Source: an uncultured Planctomycetales bacterium (GTDB taxonomy: Bacteria > Omnitrophota > Gorgyraeia > Gygaellales > Profunditerraquicolaceae). Taken from it: a stretch of DNA of 64,000 nucleotides. The position numbers and the translations under genes are program-made. The stretch is taken from assembly GCA_964603585.1 (NCBI GenBank), contig CAZRVK010000004.1, positions 64,438 through 128,437 on the forward strand, in the 5' to 3' direction. This document shows positions 22,230-31,428 of this stretch, in pieces (positions within the stretch are counted from its first letter, which is position 1; every line of letters begins with the position of its first letter). The notes under the pieces were generated by a model. It worked only from the letters and a program-made list of their open reading frames with translations. It made no database searches and was not told the origin of the DNA.

Positions 22230-23234
22230 ATGCAGAAGGTATTTATTATTGCGGAAGCAGGAGTTAATCATAACGGTTCAGTGAATCTGGCTAAGAAAAT
22301 GGTTGCTGCAGCAGCTTCTGCAGGAGCAGATGCGGTAAAATTCCAGTCTTTCTGTGCTGAAGAGATGGTTTCTATAAATGCGCCTAAGGCCGGGTATCAA
22401 AAAATAACTACCGGTGACGGCCAGAGCCACTTTGAAATGATAAAAAATCTGGAACTTGATACAAACGCCCACAGGCAATTGTATGCATATTGCCAAAAGA
22501 GAAAGGTGGTTTTTCTTTCTTCTCCCTTTGATTTAAAAAGTGTGGCGTTGTTAAATCGTTTAGGGTTAAAGATCTTTAAAATTCCTTCGGGAGAAATAAC
22601 TAACCTTCCGCTTTTATGCAAAATAGGATCCTTACGAAAAAAAGTAATTTTATCGACGGGCATGGCAAGCTTAAATGAGATTAAAGAGGCGATTGGGATT
22701 TTACGCAAAAGTGGCACGAAGAGTAAAGATATAACGATATTGCATTCGAATACGGAGTATCCTACGCCATTTGAAGATGCGAATTTGTTGGCAATGCTTA
22801 AGATAAAAGACCAGTTTAATCTTCGAGTTGGTTATTCTGACCATACCCCGGGGATCGAGGCAGCGATTGCGGCTGTAGCGTTAGGCGCGGTGGTAATTGA
22901 AAAACATTTTACCCTTGATAAGGATATGCTTGGTCCCGATCATAAGGCAAGTCTGGATTCTGCAGAGTTAAAGGCTTTGGTAAAAGCAGTACGTAATGTC
23001 GAAAAGGCCCTTGGGTTACCCCTTAAGAAAGCAACCCCTTCTGAACTGCCTAATCTTATGATTGTACGTAAGAGCATCGTTGCGGCAAGAGATATAAGCA
23101 AAGGCGAAACTTTTGATGAAAAGAATTTAGCTGTTAAACGCCCAGGAATGGGAATAAGCCCAATGAATTGGGAAAGAATATTGGGACGGAAGGCAAAAAG
23201 AGATTTTCTAAAGGATGAAATGATAGGGGTATGA
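22230..23234 (+). CDS. Nonulosonic acid synthase (NeuB/LegI/PseI family), full length with SAF domain
   Basis: FIIAEAGVNHNGSVNLAKKMVAAAASAGADAVKFQSF, and a C-terminal SAF-like KRPGMGISPMNWERILGRKA. Confidence 0.8.
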   Translation: MQKVFIIAEAGVNHNGSVNLAKKMVAAAASAGADAVKFQSFCAEEMVSINAPKAGYQKITTGDGQSHFEMIKNLELDTNAHRQLYAYCQKRKVVFLSSPFDLKSVALLNRLGLKIFKIPSGEITNLPLLCKIGSLRKKVILSTGMASLNEIKEAIGILRKSGTKSKDITILHSNTEYPTPFEDANLLAMLKIKDQFNLRVGYSDHTPGIEAAIAAVALGAVVIEKHFTLDKDMLGPDHKASLDSAELKALVKAVRNVEKALGLPLKKATPSELPNLMIVRKSIVAARDISKGETFDEKNLAVKRPGMGISPMNWERILGRKAKRDFLKDEMIGV

Positions 23235-24397
23235 TAAGAAAACTTTGTGTAGTAACCGGAAGTAGGGCAGAGTATGGCTTGTTTTATCCATTACTCATGG
23301 AAATAAGAAACAAAGATTTCTGTAAATTGCAAATTGTGGTTACAGGAATGCATTTGTCGAAAGCTTATGGTTTTACCTGCAAGGAAATATTAGATGACGG
23401 TTTTAGGATAAATGATAGAGTTAGGATCCCTTTGCATGATAATACTCCGGGCGGGGTCACGAAGGCAGTTGGCTCTGGGATAATTGGTTTTGCCGATGTC
23501 TTTAAACGGATAAGGCCGGATTTTATAATCCTGATCGGAGATAGATTTGAAACCTATGCGGCAGCAGTCGCAGCTTTTTTCGCGCAAATCCCAATAATAC
23601 ATATCCATGGAGGTGAGTTAACCGAAGGGGCTATTGATGATGCCTTGCGTCATTCGATCACGAAAATGAGCATTTTACATTTTACGTCCACTGAAGGTTA
23701 TCGGCGCAGAGTTATTCAGCTTGGGGAAAATCCCGACAAGGTATTTAATGTAGGGGCACTTGGAGTGGATAACATTAAGCATTTGAAGCTGCTGGCCCGT
23801 GATGAGTTAGAAGATGCGCTAAAGTTTAGCATGGACGGAAAGTTGATCTTAGTAACCTTTCATCCGGTAACTTTAGAACCTAATACTTCTCGAAACCAGT
23901 TTGAAGAGATTTTGTCTGCTTTAAGATCTGTGAAGGGTTTGAAGGTAGTTTTTACTAAGCCAAATTCTGATATGAACGGAAAGATTATAAGCGATTGTAT
24001 TGATCGATTCGTCAAAAATAATCCCGGCAGGGCTGTTGCTTTTGATTCCTTAGGCCGGATAAAATATTTGTCTCTGCTTAAATATACGGATGTTATGCTG
24101 GGAAATTCTTCAAGCGGAATCATTGAAATGCCTTATTTCGGTAAGCCGACAATTAATATCGGTGATCGCCAAAAGGGCAGAATCATAGCCGATAGCGTTA
24201 TTCAATCCGGCCCAACTAAAGCGGCAGTACTTAAAAGCTTGAAAAAAGCGTTTTCTTCAGAGTTCAGGCAAAAATGCCGAAAGGTTTCCAGTCCTTATGG
24301 TAGCGGAGTGGCTGCGCGGAGGATCGTTGTGATACTTAAAAAAGAGATGCCTAAGGTCAAAACCCTGAAAAAAAGCTTTTACGATTTTCGGGCTTAA
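23231..24397 (+). CDS. Hydrolysing UDP/GDP-N-acetylhexosamine 2-epimerase (NeuC/LegG family)
   Basis: CVVTGSRAEYGLFYPLLMEI, HIHGGELTEGAIDDALRHSITK, LGNSSSGIIEMPYFGKPTINIGDRQKGR. Confidence 0.8.
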   Translation: MIRKLCVVTGSRAEYGLFYPLLMEIRNKDFCKLQIVVTGMHLSKAYGFTCKEILDDGFRINDRVRIPLHDNTPGGVTKAVGSGIIGFADVFKRIRPDFIILIGDRFETYAAAVAAFFAQIPIIHIHGGELTEGAIDDALRHSITKMSILHFTSTEGYRRRVIQLGENPDKVFNVGALGVDNIKHLKLLARDELEDALKFSMDGKLILVTFHPVTLEPNTSRNQFEEILSALRSVKGLKVVFTKPNSDMNGKIISDCIDRFVKNNPGRAVAFDSLGRIKYLSLLKYTDVMLGNSSSGIIEMPYFGKPTINIGDRQKGRIIADSVIQSGPTKAAVLKSLKKAFSSEFRQKCRKVSSPYGSGVAARRIVVILKKEMPKVKTLKKSFYDFRA

Positions 24398-24418
24398 TAA
24401 ACAGGAGAGTCTGCGGTC

Positions 24419-25120
24419 ATGTATGCGAATAGGAGAATTTTGGCTTTGATCCCGGCCCGTGGCGGTTCAAAGGGAGTAGTACATAAAAATACCCGTTTAG
24501 TTGCCGGTAAGCCTCTTATATACTGGACAATTGAAGAATCAAGAAAGTCGAGGTTTATTGACCGGATAATTCTATCATCCGAAGACCCTCGGATCATAGC
24601 GATTGGCCGTAAGCTTGGAGTTAGTGTACCTTTTATCAGACCGTCTGAATTGGCAAGGGATGATGCATCAATGGGCGGAACGGTTTTACATGCAATATCG
24701 GCTTTAAAAGAAAAGTTCGACTATTTGGTTCTTTTGCAGCCGACTTCTCCATTAAGGATTACCGAGGATATTGATGGTTGCATCGCGAAATGTATTGATA
24801 AATCTGCTCCCGCATGTGTTACGGTCACAATCCCGGATAAGAACCCATTCTGGATGTATTCTCTGGATGCCAAAGAGAGGTTAGTTCCGGTTATTAAAAA
24901 TACAGGCCCGGTGTTATTAAGGCAGCAGATCAAGGGTATCTATGAACTTAACGGTGCAGTTTATGTAGTAAAGGTGCCATGGTTCATAAAAAAAAAGGTA
25001 TTTATCGCAAAAGATACCGTGGCATACCCTATGCCTGGGTTCAGATCGATTGATATTGACACAGAACTTGATTTAAAGATTTCGGATATGCTCTTAAAAA
25101 GCCGTGAACTAATGAAGTAA
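24419..25120 (+). CDS. CMP-nonulosonic acid synthetase, copy 2
   Basis: ILALIPARGGSKGVVHKNTRLVAGKPLIYWTIEE, LLQPTSPLR. Confidence 0.8.
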   Translation: MYANRRILALIPARGGSKGVVHKNTRLVAGKPLIYWTIEESRKSRFIDRIILSSEDPRIIAIGRKLGVSVPFIRPSELARDDASMGGTVLHAISALKEKFDYLVLLQPTSPLRITEDIDGCIAKCIDKSAPACVTVTIPDKNPFWMYSLDAKERLVPVIKNTGPVLLRQQIKGIYELNGAVYVVKVPWFIKKKVFIAKDTVAYPMPGFRSIDIDTELDLKISDMLLKSRELMK

Positions 25121-25140
25121 CTAAATGGGATCATTATAAA

Positions 25141-25995
25141 ATGGGTAAGAACATCAGGATCATAGCACGCCTGGATATAAAAGGGCCTAATCTTGTTAAG
25201 GGGATACATCTGGAAGGTTTGCGTGTCCTGGGGAAACCAGAACAATTCGCCAAGTATTATTATCAGGCCGGTGCGGATGAGCTTATGTATGTAGATGTTG
25301 TAGCCAGCTTGTATGGCCGCAATAATCTGCGCGAAATCGTTACAAAAACCGCCAAAGAGATATTTATCCCTCTTACTGTTGCTGGAGGGATTCGGAGTAT
25401 CGAAGATATTAGAGAGATGTTGCGCGCGGGAGCGGATAAGGTATCTTTAAACACTGCAGCCATCAAAAACCCGGATTTGATAAAGCAGGCTGCGAGGAAA
25501 TTTGGTTCTTCAACGATTGTTGTCACAATTGAAGCGATTAAACATGAAGACGGTTCTTATTTTGCATATACGGATAATGGACGGGAATATACGGCGGTAG
25601 AGGTTTTAGACTGGGCTAGACAGGTTGAGACTCTTGGCGCCGGTGAGATTGTAATTACCTCTGTTGATAGAGAGGGGACAGGAGAGGGCTTTGATCTTGC
25701 ATTAACAAAAATGGTTTCCCAGGCTGTGTCAATCCCGGTTATTGCGCATGGAGGCGCTGGTAAGGTAGAAGATGTGAAGGATGTTATTCAAGATGGGAAG
25801 TCGGATGCTGTTGCCTTAGCATCAATTCTGCATTATGAATTCATAGCCAAGAATCGAATATTAGATGATCTTGGAAAAGAAGGCAATGTAGAGTTTTTAA
25901 AGAGCGGGCGCACTTTTTCAAAGATCAAAATTGCGACCTTTCCGGAAATAAAGACATATCTTCATCGAAATAACATATCGTGCCGCCATAATTGA
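25141..25995 (+). CDS. HisF-like imidazole glycerol phosphate synthase cyclase homolog (WbuZ-type, acetamidino formation)
   Basis: IIARLDIKGPNLVKGIHLEGLRVLG...SLNTAAIKNPDL...HGGAG, the HisF TIM-barrel signature. Located in a glycan locus next to HisH-like and amidotransferase genes. Confidence 0.75.
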   Translation: MGKNIRIIARLDIKGPNLVKGIHLEGLRVLGKPEQFAKYYYQAGADELMYVDVVASLYGRNNLREIVTKTAKEIFIPLTVAGGIRSIEDIREMLRAGADKVSLNTAAIKNPDLIKQAARKFGSSTIVVTIEAIKHEDGSYFAYTDNGREYTAVEVLDWARQVETLGAGEIVITSVDREGTGEGFDLALTKMVSQAVSIPVIAHGGAGKVEDVKDVIQDGKSDAVALASILHYEFIAKNRILDDLGKEGNVEFLKSGRTFSKIKIATFPEIKTYLHRNNISCRHN

Positions 25996-26021
25996 ATGTT
26001 ATTCTAAACAGGAAATATTGT

Positions 26022-26690
26022 ATGTCAAAAGTTGCGATTGTAGACTACGGAGCAGGGAATTTATTTAGCGTTGAACAGGCTTGTAGAAGTGTTGGGCTGT
26101 CGGCAGTGGTTACCTCGGATCCGCAAGTGATACTTTCCGCGGATGCCTTGATTTTGCCCGGTGTGGGTGCGTTTGCGGATGCTATGCACAATCTTGAAAA
26201 ACTTAATTTGGTCAAGTCTCTTAAGGATTTTAGTCGTACAGGCAAGCCTTTTATGGGTATATGTCTCGGGATGCAGCTTTTATTTTCCAAAAGCAGCGAA
26301 TTCGGTGATCATGCAGGTCTTAATCTTATTGATGGCGAAGTCGTAAAGTTTGCTTGCCGCAATGCAAACGGGGAAAAGATCAAAGCCCCGCAGATTGGAT
26401 GGAATCAGATCTTTTCTCCTTCAGATTCAAAGGATATCTGGGATTCTACCCCTTTAACCGCGGTTAAAAATGGCGCCTTCATGTATTTTGTACATTCGTT
26501 CTATGTCTTGCCGCAAACGCCCGAGAATGTTCTTTCAATAACCGATTATCAGGGGATCGAATATTGTTCGGCAGTTATAAAGAAAAATATCTTTGCAGTC
26601 CAGTTCCATCCTGAAAAAAGTGGTGAGGAAGGATTAAAAATTTATCATTCCTGGATGAAGAAAATCAAAACCCATAAAAAGGGAATATAA
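26022..26690 (+). CDS. HisH-like glutamine amidotransferase (WbuY-type)
   Basis: MSKVAIVDYGAGNLFSV, LPGVGAFADAM, GICLGMQLL (catalytic Cys), VQFHPEKSG. The track start at 25992 is TTG; the ATG at 26022 is preferred. Confidence 0.75.
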   Translation: MSKVAIVDYGAGNLFSVEQACRSVGLSAVVTSDPQVILSADALILPGVGAFADAMHNLEKLNLVKSLKDFSRTGKPFMGICLGMQLLFSKSSEFGDHAGLNLIDGEVVKFACRNANGEKIKAPQIGWNQIFSPSDSKDIWDSTPLTAVKNGAFMYFVHSFYVLPQTPENVLSITDYQGIEYCSAVIKKNIFAVQFHPEKSGEEGLKIYHSWMKKIKTHKKGI

Positions 26691-27916
26691 TGACTGAAAA
26701 ATTAGAAGCCAAATACGGCCTTCCGGAAAAGGTGATCTTTTGTAAACGTTGTGTCATGTCCAACCAGCGGCCTGCTTCAACAGTTGAGTTTAAGCACACC
26801 ATAAAAAGCCAAAAAACCACCATGAAAATAGATGTGGATGGAGTATGCGATGCCTGCCGGCAGGCAGATACGAAAGAGCAGATTGATTGGAAGAAAAGGG
26901 AAGATGAACTCTTTGTATTACTGGATAAGTATAGACGTAAAGATGGGTTTTATGATTGCATTGTTCCCGGCAGCGGGGGTAAAGATAGTGCGTTCCAGTC
27001 GCATATTTTAAAGTATAAATATGGAATGCATCCGTTAACTGTAACCTGGCCGCCGGTTTTATATACGGATTACGGGTATCGCAATTTTAGGAAATGGATA
27101 GAGATCGGAGGCTTCGATAATATAAGTTTTAATCAAAACGGGAAGGTTATCAAATTACTTACGCGTTTATCTATAGAAAATCTTCTTCATCCATTCCAAA
27201 CCTTCATGCTGGGGCAAAAGGTGCTTGCTCCTAAAATCGCCTTGCGATATAAAATACCACTCATTTTTTACGGTGAAAATGAAGCGGAATATGGTAACCC
27301 CATAGCGGATAATGCATCTTCTTTGCGGGATAAAGCATATTTCAGTATGAAGAACATCGACGAGATATATCTTGGGGGAGTCTCAATAGGGGAAATAAGA
27401 AAACGATATGATGTTGATTTAAACGATTTAATGGCGTATTTGCCTCCGCCGGCTGAAGAATTGGCAAAATCCGATATCCAGGTCCATTATTTGGGGTATT
27501 ATTTAAAATGGGTCCCTCAAGAAGTCTATTATTATGCTGTGGAAAATACTGGATTTAAAGCCAGACCGTTCAGGACTCAAGGAACATACAGTAAATATAA
27601 TAGTATTGACGATAAAATCGACGATCTGCATTATTATACAACTTTCATAAAATTCGGCATTGGCCGAGCCACCTATGATGCCTCGCAGGAAATCAGGAAT
27701 AAACATCTTACCCGTGAAGAAGGTATGGCTTTGGTAAAACGTTTTGATGGCGAATTTCCAGGCCGATATTTCAGCGAGGTAATGGATTATATCGGGATCG
27801 ATCCGGAAAGGTTTATGCAGTTATGCGATGACTTCCGTTCTCCGCATCTATGGGCGAAGATAGACGGACAATGGAAGCTAAGGCATACGGTTAATCTTGA
27901 TGGGGTTAATGATTAA
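26690..27916 (+). CDS. N-acetyl sugar amidotransferase (WbuX/PseA/WbpG family, PP-loop ATPase)
   Basis: N-terminal Cys cluster CKRCVMSN..CDACRQ and PP-loop CIVPGSGGKDSAFQSH. Adjacent to the HisH/HisF homologs, as in acetimidoyl-sugar pathways. Confidence 0.7.
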   Translation: MTEKLEAKYGLPEKVIFCKRCVMSNQRPASTVEFKHTIKSQKTTMKIDVDGVCDACRQADTKEQIDWKKREDELFVLLDKYRRKDGFYDCIVPGSGGKDSAFQSHILKYKYGMHPLTVTWPPVLYTDYGYRNFRKWIEIGGFDNISFNQNGKVIKLLTRLSIENLLHPFQTFMLGQKVLAPKIALRYKIPLIFYGENEAEYGNPIADNASSLRDKAYFSMKNIDEIYLGGVSIGEIRKRYDVDLNDLMAYLPPPAEELAKSDIQVHYLGYYLKWVPQEVYYYAVENTGFKARPFRTQGTYSKYNSIDDKIDDLHYYTTFIKFGIGRATYDASQEIRNKHLTREEGMALVKRFDGEFPGRYFSEVMDYIGIDPERFMQLCDDFRSPHLWAKIDGQWKLRHTVNLDGVND

Positions 27917-27945
27917 ACCCAAGATATATTTTACACAGGAGTTTA

Positions 27946-29427
27946 ATGTTATTTAATTCGTTAAGTTTTGTATTTTTCTTTCCTCTGGTAACCGCTTTGT
28001 ATTTTATAACCGCGCATAAATACCGTTGGCAGCTATTGTTATTGGCGAGCTGTTATTTTTACATGTGTTTTATTCCTCAGTATATTCTTGTGTTAGCAAT
28101 TACGATCATTATTGATTACTTCGCTGGGATAATGATTGAAAAAGCAGAGAAAAAAAACAAGAAGAAGTATTTGATCATAAGTATTATTTCCACATGTTTA
28201 GTCCTTTTTATCTTTAAGTATTTTGACTTCTTTAATTCTAATTTTGCAAAAATCGCTGAAATGCTTGGTTTGCATTATCCGGTGAAGATGATAAATATTA
28301 TTCTGCCGATTGGACTTTCCTTCCATACCTTCCAAAGCCTCTCTTATGTCATAGAAGTTTATAGGGGGAAGCAGAAAGCGGAGCATAATTTCGGGATATA
28401 CTCATTATATGTGATGTTTTACCCGCAACTTGTTGCGGGGCCGATCGAAAGGCCTCAAAACTTATTGCATCAATTCCGGGAAAGGCATTTTTTTGATTAT
28501 GTAAGGGTGACTGATGGATTAAAGTTGATGGTTTGGGGTATGTTCAAGAAAGTAGTTATTGCAGATAGACTGGCAATCTTGGTAAATCAGGTATATGCTG
28601 ATCCGTCTGGTCAGCCAGGGATCATTTTGATGCTGGCTACTTTTTTCTTTGCTATCCAGATCTACTGTGATTTTTCCGGGTATTCGGATATCGCGATCGG
28701 AGCAGCTGAAGTTATGGGCTTTAAACTGATGAAAAACTTCAATCTACCTTATCTGGCAACATCAATCAGCGATTTCTGGAAAAGATGGCATATTTCCCTT
28801 TCAAGCTGGTTTCGTGATTATCTTTATATCCCGCTTGGCGGAAGTCGCTGCCAATTTTGGCGCTGGCAATTTAATCTAATCCTTACATTTCTGATAAGTG
28901 GGCTTTGGCATGGGGCTAATTGGACTTATGTTATCTGGGGAGGATTAAATGGGTTTTATCTTATTTTTTCGCTATGGACCCGGGGCTTAAGGCAGAATTT
29001 AATCCTAAAGATGGGATTAAATGACAAGGGGATGTTTCTAAGATTTTCTCGTAGGATTACGACATTTTCCCTTATCTGTTTTTCCTGGATATTCTTCCGG
29101 GCAAAAGACCTCGACCAGGCTTTTTTTATCGTGCGCCATCTGTTTGATGGGATTCCGGAAACCATTAAAAAAATTATTACTTCGCATTCATTGACCGGAT
29201 TGGGATATTTTTCTGCTCTGCCTAATGATCGGAGCTATTACCTGATTTCGTTTTCCTTGGTTTTTGTATTAGCCGCCGTGAATTTATTTCAGCGCAATAT
29301 GGATCTACGTGTTGTATTGAGCCGAAAGCCACTTTTGGTCAGATGGTTGGTTTATTACACTCTTGTAGGCGGGGTATTGCTTCTCGGAGTGTTTAATAAC
29401 ACAGAGTTTATTTATTTTCAATTTTAA
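27946..29427 (+). CDS. MBOAT-family membrane-bound O-acyltransferase (AlgI/DltB/PatA-like)
   Basis: Multi-TM with the signature DFWKRWHISLSSWFRDYLYIPLGGS and a conserved His region LWHGANW. Confidence 0.8.
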   Translation: MLFNSLSFVFFFPLVTALYFITAHKYRWQLLLLASCYFYMCFIPQYILVLAITIIIDYFAGIMIEKAEKKNKKKYLIISIISTCLVLFIFKYFDFFNSNFAKIAEMLGLHYPVKMINIILPIGLSFHTFQSLSYVIEVYRGKQKAEHNFGIYSLYVMFYPQLVAGPIERPQNLLHQFRERHFFDYVRVTDGLKLMVWGMFKKVVIADRLAILVNQVYADPSGQPGIILMLATFFFAIQIYCDFSGYSDIAIGAAEVMGFKLMKNFNLPYLATSISDFWKRWHISLSSWFRDYLYIPLGGSRCQFWRWQFNLILTFLISGLWHGANWTYVIWGGLNGFYLIFSLWTRGLRQNLILKMGLNDKGMFLRFSRRITTFSLICFSWIFFRAKDLDQAFFIVRHLFDGIPETIKKIITSHSLTGLGYFSALPNDRSYYLISFSLVFVLAAVNLFQRNMDLRVVLSRKPLLVRWLVYYTLVGGVLLLGVFNNTEFIYFQF

Positions 29428-29434
29428 ACGTATA

Positions 29435-30595
29435 ATGATATCAAGATTTTTTGTTAAATTAACTATTTTACTGGTGCCATTTTTGATCATTGGGGGCATT
29501 TTGTTCTTATTCTTAACAAGGTCGGGAGAGTTATACTACAGCTACGATCAATTGGTATCGGCGATAAAGTCAAAGGATACGGTTCTTATGGGGTTAGCTC
29601 ATACAAATCCCATAATCCCTGTTAAAATCCTTATTCTAAGGCAAAATAAATTTGAGGTGATTGCCCTAGGGACATCGCGGGTTATGGGTTTTAGAAGCGC
29701 ATTCTTTAAGGAAGGAGTTTTTTATAATTGTGGTGGATGTATCGCACGTATCAAAAATCTAAGGAATTTTCTTTCCCGGATACCAAAAGAAAATTACCCT
29801 AAATTGATTATCTTGGGTTTAGATCAAAATTTTTTTAATGTAAAATGGGATTATATCTACGATTCTGATTCTGCCTATCTTCATGACTTGGACCGTTTGT
29901 ATTCATTTGCAGATGTAGTTCAAGCCGGAATTTTGGGCTTATTGATGGACATAAGGGAATATAAGGTCAATTTAAAGAACTACAATATAGTTTTTGGTTG
30001 CGCCGGTTATCAGAAGATTGGCTTGACCGCTTTTTATAAAAGCGATGGCTATTTGAACGATGGAAGCTATTATTATGGAAGCGTTGTGGAGCATCCTTTT
30101 GACCGGCAATCTTCGGATTATGAGTTTAGAGATACTTTTGCTCGGATTGCAAATGGTAACAGGCTTTTCGAATACGGTCAGGAAATAAACCCCGCGGCGA
30201 TTGAGGAATTGGATAACTTTTTGGAGGAGTGCAGGAAGAATCATATTCATGTTGTAGGATTCCTTCCTCCTTATGCACAGGCAGTTCATGATAAAATGAA
30301 ACTAATGGGGGATAAATATTCTTATATCCCCAAAATCATTCCGGCTCTTTCAGATCTATTTCACCGGTATGGATTTGTCGTAATGGATTTTACGGATATG
30401 ACGGCATTTGGTGCATCGTCTTTAGAGGTAATTGATGGAATTCATGCTTCAGAAAAGGCCTATTTGAGGATTTTACTTGAATTATCCGATAATGATCAAT
30501 TCTTGCGAGGTTTTATAAAGGATGAAAAATATTTAAGATCACGGCTGTTAAATTCCAGAACCCCATTTATGGTGTTCTCAAAGGATGAGAGGTGA
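29435..30595 (+). CDS. DltD/AlgJ-like periplasmic partner of the MBOAT (SGNH-like fold), putative O-acyltransferase
   Basis: N-terminal TM anchor, then ALGTSRVMGF (Ser block) and a C-terminal DGIHASE (D-x-x-H block), immediately downstream of the MBOAT gene. Confidence 0.4.
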   Translation: MISRFFVKLTILLVPFLIIGGILFLFLTRSGELYYSYDQLVSAIKSKDTVLMGLAHTNPIIPVKILILRQNKFEVIALGTSRVMGFRSAFFKEGVFYNCGGCIARIKNLRNFLSRIPKENYPKLIILGLDQNFFNVKWDYIYDSDSAYLHDLDRLYSFADVVQAGILGLLMDIREYKVNLKNYNIVFGCAGYQKIGLTAFYKSDGYLNDGSYYYGSVVEHPFDRQSSDYEFRDTFARIANGNRLFEYGQEINPAAIEELDNFLEECRKNHIHVVGFLPPYAQAVHDKMKLMGDKYSYIPKIIPALSDLFHRYGFVVMDFTDMTAFGASSLEVIDGIHASEKAYLRILLELSDNDQFLRGFIKDEKYLRSRLLNSRTPFMVFSKDER

Positions 30596-30654
30596 TCTCT
30601 TGATCCGTGCCGGTATTTTTTAAAAAACGGTAAAAATCTAAGCTGGAGGAGGCG

Positions 30655-31428
30655 ATGGTAAAAGAGAGGTGGAAGATTTGGGATAATGATAAAGCCTATG
30701 GGAAAGTTTTTTATAAACGCGCAATCGGCAAATTATCAGAAATGGAAAGCAGCCGTGCAGCCGCTAAAATTGTTGCCAGAATCATTAAGGCGAATGATAA
30801 GATCCTAGATGTAGGCTGTGGCTCGGGGCATTATTTGGTATCTTTGGATAATAATGTGAATGTGCCGTTTAGTTATCATGGAATAGATCCAACCGCATAT
30901 TATATCAAGATGGCGAAAAAGGCCTTTTTGGAGAAATTTAATCATAATCCTCTAAGAAAAGAATGTAAATTTCAGGTGGGAGATGTTTTTAACTTGGATT
31001 TGGCAAATAATTATGCGGATTTAGTGATGTGTAATAATGTATTGCTGCATTTACCATCGATTAAGAAGCCGATCCGGGAATTATGGCGAGTAACTCGGAA
31101 ATACCTTCTTATCCGTACACTTATAGGAAAAAATTCTTTTCGGATAAAACAAGTAAATCAGCCTGAAGAATATGGAGCGGATGGGGAACCGCATAATTTC
31201 CATTTTTTTAATATTTATTCCACCGATTATATGGTGCGCCTGATCAATGAATTGAAAGGGGTTAAACGATGGCGGTTGATAGATGATAAGGATTATGACC
31301 CAAAGAATATCGGTGCGGCAAACTATAAAAATGCTAAAAAGCCCCATGATCTGACAATTGTCGTTAGCGGGATGCAAATCAATAACTACATAGTTCAACC
31401 ATGGAAGTTCTTAATAATCGAGAAATAA
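30655..31428 (+). CDS. Class I SAM-dependent methyltransferase
   Basis: ILDVGCGSGHYLV motif I; DLVMCNNVLLHLP. Confidence 0.6.
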   Translation: MVKERWKIWDNDKAYGKVFYKRAIGKLSEMESSRAAAKIVARIIKANDKILDVGCGSGHYLVSLDNNVNVPFSYHGIDPTAYYIKMAKKAFLEKFNHNPLRKECKFQVGDVFNLDLANNYADLVMCNNVLLHLPSIKKPIRELWRVTRKYLLIRTLIGKNSFRIKQVNQPEEYGADGEPHNFHFFNIYSTDYMVRLINELKGVKRWRLIDDKDYDPKNIGAANYKNAKKPHDLTIVVSGMQINNYIVQPWKFLIIEK

